Assembly: GCA_951406725.2 (NCBI GenBank)
Contig: OX597814.1
Coordinates: forward strand, 73,718,001 to 73,782,000
Length of the DNA stretch: 64,000 bases
Reading direction: 5' to 3'
From: Octopus vulgaris
Lineage: Eukaryota
Shown here: positions 12,455-24,360 of the stretch, piece after piece
How positions within the stretch are numbered: the stretch's first letter is position 1
How the letters are laid out: every line of letters begins with the position of its first letter
Program-made: the position numbers and the translations under genes
Notes under the pieces: model-generated
Told to the model about the DNA's origin: nothing
Database searches by the model: none
What the model saw: the letters and a program-made list of their open reading frames with translations, nothing else

Positions 12455-13326
12455 CCTGGTCTGATCAATAAGTATCCGGGCTGCTGCTATAGTAACGAAG
12501 CTAAAGCTCATAGAGTAAAGCCGCTTGGTAAAGATTGACCTTGAACTCTGCTATGCATGCGCACTAAATTTTAACGTTCTAGCTCACTTTCATTGTTTAC
12601 AGCAGTACTTAGAAGGAAGGCATGTAGCGTGTGATCGTAGCATTGACCATGACAGAAAACGTTGAGCAGAGAATCTGCATCAAATTTTGCCAAAAGCTTG
12701 ACGAAACCTGCTCAGGGGCCTACGCAGAGTTTTCAAAAAGTTTTCATCGTTCCCGACACAATCAAGGAGGTCTTGTGCAACTGAAACCCGAGTGTCTTTT
12801 TGGTCAGCTGAAAGCAGTTTTGATACAAACTTGGCAGACATGCGTCTCATACCCAAATCTTCAGTGATAATGGACTGAATTGAATCGTAACTAATCTGCA
12901 CATCCTCTGATAACTCACGGATGGTGATTCGACGATTTCCCCTCACAGCTGCACTCACATCTGCGATGTTTTTCTCAGTTCTGCTGGTTGCGGTTCTCCC
13001 AGAACGTTCGTCAATATGGACATTTTTCTGCCATCTTGGAAACATATGAACCACTCGTACACTCATACACTCCTCTCCATACACTTCCTGCAACTTTGTG
13101 TAGGTCTCTGAGCAGGTATCACCATGACAACTTTCTCCATCATAGTCAATGCGATGATTACTTTCTGTCCAAGCACGGCTGCAAACAGCGGAAGAGAGCT
13201 AGAACGTTAAAATTTAGTGTGCATGCACAGCAGAGTTCAAGGTCAATCTGTGCCAAGCGGCTTTACTCTGCGTGTTTTAACGTCGTTACTATAGCAAAAG
13301 TCCAGATACTTATTGGTCATACCTTG
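12455..13326. mobile_element. Non-autonomous mariner derivative built from two facing 5' ends
   Basis: Left arm (+): TIR, 5' UTR and MTENVEQRICIKFCQKL up to ~12731. Right arm (-): same TIR/UTR, then HTH (DERSGR...RRITIRELSE...SAKFVSKLL) ending at DENFLK. No DDD domain. Confidence 0.85.
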
Positions 13327-13359
13327 CATATAAATGAGTAACAAAGATGTACAGGTATC

Positions 13360-13991
13360 AATTCATTACGGCTGTTTCAAGCGATCTCATTTAATTGATT
13401 AATGAAAACATTACATCATTGCAAAGAAGCCGTTTTTTCATATGACAGCATAGGCTTCAAATACAAAGGATCAACCAACTGCTTTAACATGTTCATATCA
13501 CCAACTGGAGTTCAAATATTTACATTGATTTTGCAAGCTTATGCAATGTTGAAACTACAAGGATTTAGAGGTAAGTAGAAGTTATAGTTGGGGGGGAAAT
13601 GATTGAGAGAAGTGACCTAATTACCAAATCTTAGAAGCCAATAGGAGGAATGTCTTCTATGTGTAGGTAACTAGGTCACTACTTTCAATTATTCCTCCTC
13701 ACACTATGACCTCTACTAACCTCTAAATTCTTGTAGTTTCAACACTCATTCTGCCAAAGAAACAGCAGCAAAATCAATATGAATATTTGAGCTGCAGTTG
13801 AGAACCAGATTCTGCCAAAAAATTTAGCAGCGGAATCATTGTAAATATTTGCTCTCTGTTGATGATATATATTTTCTTGTCTTTTATGCATGAGGTCTAT
13901 GCGGTCATCTGATGAGAAACGTTTTCTTGGTAGTAATGTAATGCTTTCATTGCTCAATTAAAGGAGACGTTCGAAACGGCCGTAATGAATT
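13360..13991. repeat. ~630-bp imperfect fold-back (head-to-head pLTR-like arms)
   Basis: 13360-13625 aligns to the reverse complement of 13666-13991 (e.g. AATTCATTACGGC, CAACTG.AG.TCAAATATT, GTTGAAACTACAAG.ATTTAGAGGT), with indels. Confidence 0.85.
13905..13988 (+). ncRNA. Type I hammerhead ribozyme motif with long stem II
   Basis: Stem I TCAT/ATGA; CTGATGA 13909-13915; stem II GAAACGTTTTCTT...AAGGAGACGTTC with inner AGTAATG/CATTGCT; GAAA 13973-13976; palindromic CGGCCG stem III; GUA triplet 13982-13984. Confidence 0.75.
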
Positions 13992-14059
13992 CACACTTAT
14001 ACATCTTTGTTACTCATTTACACACACACACACATGTATGTTTTGTTTTATGTATGTAT

Positions 14060-14099
<40 letters not shown>

Positions 14100-14103
<4 letters not shown>

Positions 14104-14295
14104 GAGTGTGTGTGTGTCCTCGTGTCTGCGTTTGTCCCTCACGGTGTTGGTGCGTTTATATCCCCGTACCTTAGTAATTCAGCAAAATAGACCGATAGAC
14201 TTTAAAAAAATAAGTCCTGAGGTGGATTGGTTCGACAAACACCCTTCATAGCGGCAGTCAAATGCCTGAAATAAGTGAAAGATAAAAGAGAAAAA
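14100..14295 (+). mobile_element. Degenerate 3' half of SINE S1
   Basis: TTTGTCCC...GTTGGTGCGTTTATATCCCCGTA...AATAAGTCCTG...AAAAGATAAAAGAG. Confidence 0.7.
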
Positions 14296-14479
14296 TTATG
14301 TATATATGTGTGTGTGTGTGGGGGGGGTCATAGTCTTTGGTTTTAAACGAAGTATATCAAGAATAACACGGCCAATTTACGAGTAAAGAATGAGTGTAGG
14401 AAACGTATATAGATTAGATATACCAGATGCTTATATAAGCGGGAGTTGTATGTAGGATGATAAGAACAGATAGTGTAGG

Positions 14480-14850
14480 CTTGGTAAAGATTTTAAAATG
14501 CGACAACCGTTTGCAGTGTGTTAAGATCTCATACGGATTGTGTAGGATGCTAGTCGATTCAGAGAATTCAAGTTGTCAAGCTATTTCGTCTCTCTGCTAA
14601 TGTTTGGGAGTGAGATAGGTGCACTGTTAGCACCCAGAATACATCGGAAAGTAGTAGAGGCAGCTAGTGAATGGTGAGAAGAATGGTTCCTATGTAAGCA
14701 CATACTTTCCCTGCTACAAAGAAATTGATGCATGAAGTGCAAACTGGATAGTGTTTATGATGTGTGATTATGATGTATTAGTCATAGTTAGTGCGTAGGA
14801 TCCTGGCTGGACTTCAGTGTACGGCACGGACGATTCTGTTAACATAGTAA
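14480..14850 (-). mobile_element. Possible very decayed Penelope GIY-YIG fragment
   Basis: Minus frame reads VCTSCINFF...CAYIGT, followed by QRDEIA*QL...NPYEIL, loosely like a PLE endonuclease C-terminus. Confidence 0.3.
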
Positions 14851-17005
14851 CCAATCAAATCAATTTGTTTAAACAGTTGTTACTGCTATTTTTCATTTTT
14901 CTCTAAATGTTTGGAATCTATCCCTTTATCAATATCTTTAAATACATTGATATATCAACTCAATAAAATTTTAAACAATAACGTATTATATTTCCATGTG
15001 TTTATATAATCAATTGCAGGTAAACACACCAGCCAACATATCAATTTTCACATAATACTAAATGTAATCGTGAGAAGTAAAGGATAAATAAAATCCCTTC
15101 ATCAAATAATGAGTTATTTTTCAGTGCAAAACTCTCAGAATGTGGTGTGTGGATTTTTGATAGTGTAAAATCACCTCATACAAAACAATGGGGTATCGTT
15201 TCTTTCACACTGCTAGAATATAAACAATTACCCAGGTTTTGCTTTAATTTCTAATATATATTTTAGGAACTGAAGGTTTTGCACATATTTGGAGAGACAA
15301 ATTCGATTTCTTTCAAAAGGAACGCTATAGATAGAAATGGAGCAGTCATGCATTGTTGCTTTTTGTACAAACCAAATTCAATTGATATATTGAAATCACT
15401 ATAATTATGAAATCGACTTTAACCTGGTGTGGCAATTTATTTCACAAAAATATCAATAAACAAGGAAATATACATACTGAATAGATTGCCTCATGTAATA
15501 GCTGGTTCATTACCCATATATACAATACAACCAATTTTACTTAATAACTAAAACATAAAGAAAAAATTTTCAATTCAACCAGCATTTACTAACTTTGTGT
15601 AGGTTTTCTTTGCAAATACCGTTGGCCCAAACGGAACCTCTTTAAGATATTTGAATCTATATAATTTATTATTCATGCACTTTAAGGTAATGTTACATAT
15701 GCCGCACATCTGTTAGCAAATATAATCTCATGAAATCTATACCACGAAATTAGTAACTCTGAAAATTGATGCCACTTGCTATAATCGGATGTAAGACTAT
15801 GTGGCCTTAACTACAGCAAAATTGAATTAGACCCGTCTGTATATGAGTTTTTTTTTTTTTTAATGTCAGGTGTAATACTCAATTCCAACCGAAGGTATGT
15901 TCTACATAATTAGTTGGCGTTTTAACTTTCGAGGAAACTTCAAATGATGCCCCACCGTCTTAAAACAAAAATGATGCATTGGATAACGTAATTCTAGATA
16001 TACTATAACTGAAAATAAATGCAGATTGATAACTGCCGGAATGCCTTTAATCTGTCAGATCACGGTTGATCTTCGGGCTAAATAACAACAAAGGCAACAA
16101 CAGAACATGCGGTTTATCATTTTTTTAAAAAATGAAGTGTCAGGCTCGTGTTTAAATCTTTGTCTTACGTCATATCACATAAAAACGTGATAGCTAACAC
16201 TAATGGCTGCTCAAAGACATTGATTACTAATAATCGAGTTCTGGATGCGGTCGTTTAAGCTTATCATAAAATACTATTTAACATCAACAATTATGTAAGC
16301 TGGATAATACAACAAAGAAAAAAGAAACTATATTATAGATTTCTAACATCAGCTGCAAAATAAACTGGTAATTTTTAAACCGTACTTACTGACGCGTTAA
16401 ATACAATCACTTAGTTTAAAACACATGACTAGTGGTATATATCAAAGTGACCTCTGTCTGGATAATCTTAATATCTACTCCCGACAAGAATATTAATTGA
16501 AGCATTGTGAAGGTCTTCTAACCCAGGAACACGATAGAATGCTGCATTACGCTTAAACTAAGCCAATAATCTAAGCCAATACCATCTTTATTCGACTATT
16601 TCACATCTACATAACTATAAACAACGTTTCAAAATCTAAATGCAACTATTTGCAATGAACAGTTTCCCGCTGCAACAGGCCTGAACTCTAGTATGTCCTG
16701 TTACTACATGTCAATCACCCCAAAACACTAGAAATATCTAACATCTGCAACAAATACTACAGAGTTAAAGGCAGAGTTGAAATCTGGAGTTGCTTCTTCG
16801 GTTGCTTGATCTACCAAAAATAGCAACGAGCCATTTCCTAAAATGGATCCTATAAATATAAAGATAAGGACACATTGGATAATGTGGTCCTTGATATATA
16901 TATATGTATGTATGTAACTTGAGACGCCTATGACCATAGGTCTTCCCAATCTGACCTTCTACTAACAGCAGCAGTACGAACAACTATACAACAACAACAA
17001 CAACA

Positions 17006-17043
<38 letters not shown>

Positions 17044-18070
17044 GAACCTCTAGAAGATAGAGATATAAAATATCTAGAACAGGTTTTTTCAATTGTACCC
17101 AGACGTTCGATAGACAATTTATCTACCATAGATCTATTTGAACAAGGCCGACATAGGTCCAAGCTTAAATATCTATAAACAATAATATATAGATCAATAT
17201 TCATCTACTTAAAGATATTTTCTCTTCTATCAGACTTGTCTTAGGTTTGATAGGATCCATAAATTATCTAGCTTAATCTGATCAATCCTCTTCGCTCATC
17301 GTCATGCAACTTTGACTATTTTTTCGCTGTCACAATGAAAAATAATCAGAGATTTTAAAGTTTCGTATTTGTATGCTTGAATTTTAAGCTTTCGGTTGTA
17401 TGTTCTTCAGAGTTAGAGTCCATGCTATACAATACTGTTTTCTCTGTATCTGTAATCATTGAAAATGTGTACTGTTGATAGAAACTTTGTTGTTTCTTTT
17501 CTGAAAGATGTTACTAGTCTATTATTCATAAAGACATTGTATGCCTATGATAAGGTGTCTAGACTGTGTGTGAATAATACCTTTTTTTGTTGAACGTTAA
17601 AGAGGAGTGGAATGTAGTATAATTTTCAAATGGATGTTGTATGTGTTGTAAAAAGTGATGCCAAATAGTTCCTTAATGTATACATGTAAAGATTCAGAAA
17701 AAAATACTGAATTTAGGAGGTGCACTAGAGTTAATAGAATGTAGGTGCGAAAGACATAGAACAATGAAAAAAAAAGTGATGGAGACAGAATGTGCTTTCC
17801 CCGAAAATAAGAATTGAGCTGTTTCATCGTTGCACCAGTAGTGAAATCAAAGACTCTCTCAGTTTCTGCTGGTCATTTACAAAAATGTCTTCTAGATGAC
17901 GTGTCTTCGCTGCGGCTACTGAAGCTACATCGCTCCTAAGCTGATTGTAAATTTACAAAGTTATCAATGAACTAAAGAAAGATAGATAGGGATAGAGAAA
18001 GAGTAAGAGAAGAAGAGTGATCATATACAAAAGACACTAGTGTGAAGAAGAATTAATGAGAGAATAGATA

Positions 18071-18270
18071 GGTGGTGAGTCGGCAGAATCGTTAGCACAT
18101 CGGGAAAAATGCTTAGCAGCATTTCGTCCGTCTTTACGTTCTGAGTTCAAATTCCGCCGAGATAGATTTTGTTTTTCATCCTTTCGAGGATCGAGTAATT
18201 AAGTACCAGTCAAATACTGGGGTCGATGTGGTCGACTTACCCTCTCCCTGAAAATTTCAGGCCTTGTGAT
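18071..18270 (+). mobile_element. tRNA-derived SINE (family S2)
   Basis: GGTGGTGAGTCGGCAGAATCGTTAGC head, GAGTTCAAATTCC B-box, TTTCATCCTTTCG...AAGTACCAG body; many other copies in the window. Confidence 0.85.
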
Positions 18271-18482
18271 TCGAATTGTGATTAGAAGTAACTGAAGATA
18301 AGGTTAGTACTATTATTAGTCATCCTGTTTTCTTTAAAGTGCCATGAACGAAGTAATTCTGTAAGTAGAATAGATTTCTGCTTATAAGCTTTAGTTTATA
18401 CATGCATATGTACTCATACGCGTATACATATATACTTGTATGTATATCTGTATATGTTTCAGTGTGTCTGAATAACTTGTTA

Positions 18483-19640
18483 TATTTGTAGCGAGTTTAT
18501 GATCAGGAAACACCAGATAAACATTACCGAATTTGTCAAAAAGTCTTACTATACCTACGTTGGTGTGAAATTAAGACACCAAGATAAGAAGTGGGCTCCT
18601 CATAAAGTCTGCTAAATTTGTGTTAAGAACTAAGACAACAGATAAAATGTACAGAGAAATCTTTTTGTTTCGGGGTCCCAATGATATGAAGAGAGCGTCA
18701 AAATCACAGTGATGGCTGCTACTTTTGCTCATGTAAGGTGCAGGGACTCAATTTGAAGCACGAGAAAAGTATTCTTTATCCAAATCTCTCATCTACATTG
18801 CGACTTGTTGCCCATGAACCGAACGTTCCTGTCCGATCACCACCGGGAAACCTTGAAAACATATTCTTGAGTTCTAAGTCAAACGACAGAAATAGAAATG
18901 ACGATAAAAACTTCAGTAGTAGTGAAGGCGAAGAACCTCAACTTTCAACCAACGTGAATTAATTGATCTAGTGAGAGACTTAGGGCTCGCAAAGGAGTCA
19001 GCAGAGCTTTTAGGCTGCAAATTTAAGTCCAAGAATATTTTAACTTCTCGCTCATCATCCAATTGCTATTGTATCCGCAAAACAGAATGTGTTCCTTATT
19101 TCGCTCAAACAATGATTTGATGTTATACAGATCCACTGGGACTAATAGGAAAGTTTGGCATAAGTTACAGCTTTGACGAATGGCTTTATTGACTCTTCAA
19201 AGAGAAGTCTTAAAGGCGTCAATGTCAATATGATGGCCGACTACTACTGGATGTTGAATCGTGAATGTCCATCAAAAGCTCACTGATGAAAGAGTTCCAG
19301 GGGCAGCTCCCAAGTGAAAAATAAGAGATTTGAAGTGCTGAACCTAACGAATAGAACCATTGTAAAAAATCTATTTTCTCTCCTTTCAATAGCATTTTGC
19401 TAAATAAAGTACCAAACTTATTTCTATTAGTTTCATTTTGTCCCACTATATGTGGATTTACAAACAAATTATGGTAAATGTTATGATTAAATTGTGAGAA
19501 AACATTAGGAAACAATTTTATTGATATTTCGATGAAAAAAAGTATATGAATATATAAAAGTATATAAATATATAAGTAACATACAGTTATAACATACAGT
19601 TATCAAAACGACTCAAAAAGTTCAATTTCGCAGACCTGTT
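18483..19640 (+). mobile_element. Internally deleted DNA transposon, Chapaev3-like (CMC) transposase remnant
   Basis: DKKWAPHKVC, FGVPMI*RE..NHSDGCYFC, YPNLSSTLRLVAH, EL.DLVRDLGLAKESAELLG, FIDSSKRSLKGV fused directly to MMADYYWMLNRE. Superfamily assigned from recalled motifs. Confidence 0.7.
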
Positions 19641-19803
19641 ATGAACCGGTTAACATATTTCTGTTTGAACTATTGATCCTTAATTTAGTTACGACAGAAA
19701 TTTAATATAGGAATAGGTTAACTACCTAGCGTATTTATGCTTTGTTAAAAGCGTTTTTGGGCATTGTGTTACATTGTAGTTAGCTGATTTAGAGTTGCAA
19801 GAT

Positions 19804-20143
19804 AAAGGTAAAAGACCCTCTTCAGTCATGAATGACCATGGGATTGAAGCTAGAAAGTTCCCCTCCGAGGCACAAGTCCGGGTAAGGTTGTTTATGGAAG
19901 ACCAGGAGTCGCCCATGCATACAAGCCTCGTCTCTCCACGACACCGATGTTAACCAAGGGAAAGGCAAAGGCCGATACTGCTTAGCACCAGTGACGACGC
20001 AACTCATTTCTACAGCTGAGTGAACTGGATCATCGTGAAATAAAGTGTCTTGCTCAAGAACACAACACAAGCCCTATCCGAGAATCGAACTCACTACCTC
20101 ATGATTGAGAGCCGACGTTCTAACCACTGAGCCATGCGCCTCC
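19804..20143 (-). mobile_element. tRNA-derived CORE-type SINE (family S3)
   Basis: Minus strand GGAGGCGCATGGCTCAGTGG (A box), GAGTTCGATTC (B box), then TGTGTTCTTGAGCAAGACACTT...CACTCAGCTGTAGAAATGAGT, resembling the CORE domain. Confidence 0.8.
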
Positions 20144-20399
20144 TGGATATAACTAATAAGATTTATAAGGTAGTGTATTTTTATGAAAATGTTACCGGTC
20201 GATATAAAACCAGCAAAGGATTCCGAGAAGGTATGAACGACATAGGTGACCAAATCTCTCCTGGCCTAGGACTATCACTATGAGACCTTCCCAAGTATCG
20301 TTTGGTCGCTGCTCATGACTATAGTGTGAGGATTTGAGTTCCATGTGAGTAGCCATCTCTGCAAATGGCTTGGTTTACCAAGTAGCTTAAGAAGTATTG

Positions 20400-21320
20400 G
20401 GTTGTTCGGGGAGAAACAACACATTCAGGCTTCCGTTTAGTTCTGCCAGGAAGGAATTCATGGAGACACGGGCTGTAAGTTCAAGAGACAGGATACATGA
20501 ATTACTGTTAGTAGACTAAGCAAATGGAAAGCAACCGACGCAGGCATGTAGGTAGTTGTGCGGCTGAAACACAAGATCCTGCTTGAAACTGTCCTAATAA
20601 TCCGAAATGGCATGGACAGTGATTAGGAGAGGCGAAAGCAAGGAGATTGCGAGCTTTAGAAGAGGAGTGGCAATGTAAAAACAAGGTGTTTGGATTAAGT
20701 GGGAACAGGCCATGGAGTGAATGTTACTTGGATGTGAAACCTACAGATGATCAAGTTTTTAATTCTAGAGTATTTACGATGTCCTTCCTAGCTCATCCAG
20801 CTTATATATATGCAACAGTGAAATCACCCGCACGTTCTCTGTGTTCTAAACCAGGGATCAATAGGCAAATTCTAAGCAGCTGTTCCAAGGCACTGAATGA
20901 CGTAGGTTATTGCTGAAGACATTATCAAGTCTTCGAGAAAATCGCTGTGGCAGTGAAGAGCAGGATTAACAACAACGCAAACGTTCACACTGTAACAAGG
21001 AAGATCAACTTCATTACGGAAAGAGAACGGTCGATGAAAAACCCCAAATCAACTCCAGTGGTTTGGTTTCCGCTTTACGTAACTGTGTAATAAAAAATGA
21101 GCAGGAGAAACAGCTGAAATTTCAATCAGATATCAACAATTCCTCGTGAAAATTAGACTTTTTGTTGGTTTCTGGAGCCACAATATACCTTATCATATTG
21201 GAGCTAACTGTACGCGGGGAAAAAGGATTGGTGAAGCATGAGAAAAGATGTGGACGGTGTATCAGAAGTTGGTGGAGAACTGCTTGAATCATCTGATGCT
21301 TGCTTCACCAGACTGAGAAA
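20400..21320 (+). mobile_element. Decayed HERO-like (RLE-bearing) non-LTR retrotransposon 3' part
   Basis: SLCSKPG..RQILSSCSKAL..VGYC*RHYQVFEKIA (CCHC + RH), then QLKF... and LIILELTV (RLE motif). Confidence 0.6.
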
Positions 21321-21449
21321 TGGAGTAAAGTTATAGCCTTTAAGCACATCTTTATTTATAATGAAATACTTATAAAGTTATTAAATGTTGATATTGTCGG
21401 TGATTAAAATCATCATAGGAATACGTTAGTTGTTGTAACTAGTTTTGAT

Positions 21450-21640
21450 GGCTTCCGTTATGATCTAGAGAATTCCTTAAGCATAATATCTCTCTTGAGA
21501 GTGTCAAAGACTTTCTTGAAATCAATAAATTCAATATTCATTGAAAGTTGTTTGTCTTTGAATCCCTCCGTGATCCATCTCAGAATAGGAAATTGTTCTG
21601 TACAGCATCTAGGTAGTGGTAGGCATCCTTTGGTCTCAAG
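21450..21640 (-). mobile_element. Short RTE-type RT fragment
   Basis: RCCTEQFPILRWITEG...EFIDFKKVFDTL. Confidence 0.6.
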
Positions 21641-21689
21641 AGGTCATGGATCTGTTCCCAAATAAATAGTGTCAACTGCTAATGGTGGT

Positions 21690-23115
21690 GAGGCATCTGT
21701 TGTGGCTGTACAGGCCCACACGGGAGTGGCAGTCACGCATACAGCCACTGCATTTGAAGGAGCTCTCTACTGGCGCTACTGATTTATCCTTCCGTCAGTG
21801 CGCTTTTCTTTGAAGGCGAGTTCCTGATTTTCTTCCGCTGTCTTCATTCCCTTTCGCAGTATTTGCCTCCAGTGTGGGCGATCATTTGCAACCTCCTCCC
21901 GTCTCTGGACGTCCAGATCAAGCGACTTCATATTCCTTTTACAGGCGTCTTTGAGACGAAGATGAAGTCGTCCTCGTGCTCTTGTACCGGTGGCAAATTC
22001 CCCATACAGGAGGTCTTTTGGGATCCTTCCGTCTGGCATGCGATAAACAGGACTGAGCCAGCGCAAACGACGCTACTGGATCAAGATGTATATGCTGGGT
22101 ACCTTGGCTTCGATGTTGGTGATGTGGTCGGTCCACTTGATGTCCAAGATGCGTCTCCCAGACTTTCTGTGTGAGCCTGGAAAATGTGGAGGATGCTTGT
22201 CCGATTTGCCTGTTGATCTCAGGGTTCAGCAATGTTAGGGCCGGAATAGGTGAATTGATGGACTACCTCTAGCTTGTAGTTGTTGATGGTGATGGTGGGT
22301 GCATGCATGATACATTGACCCATTACTTGGGTCTTCTTCAGACTGATAGCAGGCTGAATTCCTGACAAGCCTTTGAAAGTTTGTCTACGAGGTGCTGCAT
22401 TTGCTCTCCAGAGTGCGCTGTCAGTGTTGCGTCACCTGCAAACAGCATTTCTCTGAAGAGTATCTGGCGCAATTGGATTTTGCTTTCAGCCTCAACAGAT
22501 AAAACATTTTACCGCTAGATCTGGTGTGGAGGTAAACACATCAGTTGATGTCTCAAATGCATGTTTTAGTATGACTGCAAAGAAGATACCAAATATAGTG
22601 GGGCAGGCTCTGTTTCACGCCGTCACGTATGTTAAATGCCTCCAAAAAAGAGCCATCAAATTGAACGATGTCTTTCATATCCGTGTGAAATGATTGAACA
22701 ATCTGAGAAATCTTGGAAGACAGCCAATCTTGGCAAGGATTTTGAACAGACCTTCTCTACTGAAGGTGATAAAGTGTGGTTGTCTTTGCTCTCGGCACTT
22801 TTCCTGTAGCTGTCGGAGAGGGAAGATCATGTCGATGGTGAATCGTCTTGCTCTGAAACCACACTGAGATTCGGGGTATACCCCCAGCGATTTTCTGTAG
22901 CCTATTTAGGGCCACGCGGGCAAAGTCTTTCCCAACGATGCTTAACAGCGAGATGCCACGGTAGTTATTGCAGTCGCTGTTGTCTCCTTTGTTCTTATAT
23001 AGTGTGATAATGTTGCAGTCTCTCATATCTTGTGCCACTGATCCCTCATCCCAGCACTGACACAGTAGATTCAGCAAGTGGTTAAGTAGAACTCTCCTTG
23101 TGTATATGATGATCT
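21690..23115 (-). mobile_element. 5'-truncated, internally deleted RTE-clade LINE
   Basis: QDMRDCNIITLYKNKGDNSDCNNYRGISLLSIVGK; EMLFAGD; RMPDGRIPKDLLYGE...RGR..LRLKD; terminal CMRDCHSRVGLYSH. Confidence 0.9.
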
Positions 23116-23605
23116 CTACATATTTGTAAAATTATTACATTTATTATTTTAAACATAAGTAGCATTTTGTCAAGCTATTTCATGATCTATATACACCGCA
23201 TGAGTTTCAAAACTAAGGATATAATAAAAATTTATTTTGAATGGTTCTAAATCTCGATAACATTCATATCAAAATAGTTTACAAAAATACATCTATCTAG
23301 TAAGCTATTCATTATTATTTACTAGTTAACATTTCTGATATTATCTGATGTCATATTATGATTATATTTGAAACCATGATGAAGTGGTAATTAATTATTT
23401 ACGTAACTGTCATTAAGTTGGTTATGAGTCACGAAGCAAATGAACTTCAAAGATAAAGGCGCCTAAAGTATCTTTGCCTGAGGAGGTTAAGAAACGTTAC
23501 CATGCCTCAGGCTACACAAACACACACATACACACACACATCACATGCATATATATTTCCTATTCATACAATGAATACATGCCTCTCTCTCTTTAAGTGT
23601 GTGCA

Positions 23606-23678
<73 letters not shown>

Positions 23679-23799
23679 ATGTACTTTTACTTTTCGCTTT
23701 TACTAGTTGCAATGAAAGGTTGCAGCATTGCTGGAGCATCAGTTTTAGTGATTTCTTTTTTTTTTATTTCTTATTTCAAACTCACTTCCTTCTATTCTT

Positions 23800-24095
23800 C
23801 GTTAAATTGTTTCGAGTGAAGTATGTTGTTCGAAACAGCTGCTCTTTATGTTTTCTGCTGCCAAGTGGGTTCATCTGGTACCTCAAATGAAAATGTGTGC
23901 ACAATCTCTTTGAAAATTTCCATATTGACATCTCGAAGATCCCTGAAGTTGTTTAGCAGAAAATTGAAAATTTGTGGATCCATGAAACCATGCCTATTTC
24001 AGTATTGTATTTTTGGTCTCGATGGAGAGGACGGAGTCTTTGATCCAGCATAACTTTCAATTCCAAAGTTTGAAGCTAGACTCACCAGGAGTTTC
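23800..24095 (-). mobile_element. CR1-group LINE 3' end fragment
   Basis: GFMDPQIFNFLLNNFRDL...FKEIV...EVPDEP...RAAVSNNIL. Confidence 0.55.
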
Positions 24096-24360
24096 CATAT
24101 ATATCTATGTATGTATGTATGTATGTATGTATGTATGTATGTATGTATGTATGTATGTATGTATTTATGTATGTATATTCAATATCGAATGAAAAGCACC
24201 ATTAGTGGTGAAAACGTCATCAATCGCACATGCTTTGTGTAAGTATGTGTTTTGTTTGTTCGCCGGATTCGCCGCGAGATAGCACTTGGAGACGACTCTG
24301 TTAATGCTGGGTAACACATTTTCCCAGATGATGCAGCCTTGATTTCTGAAGATACATCGT

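Noticed and set aside
23477-23511. GCCTGAGGA...GAAAC...CCTCAGGC hairpin as a hammerhead
   Set aside because: No stem II or stem III pairing; only an 8-bp inverted repeat.
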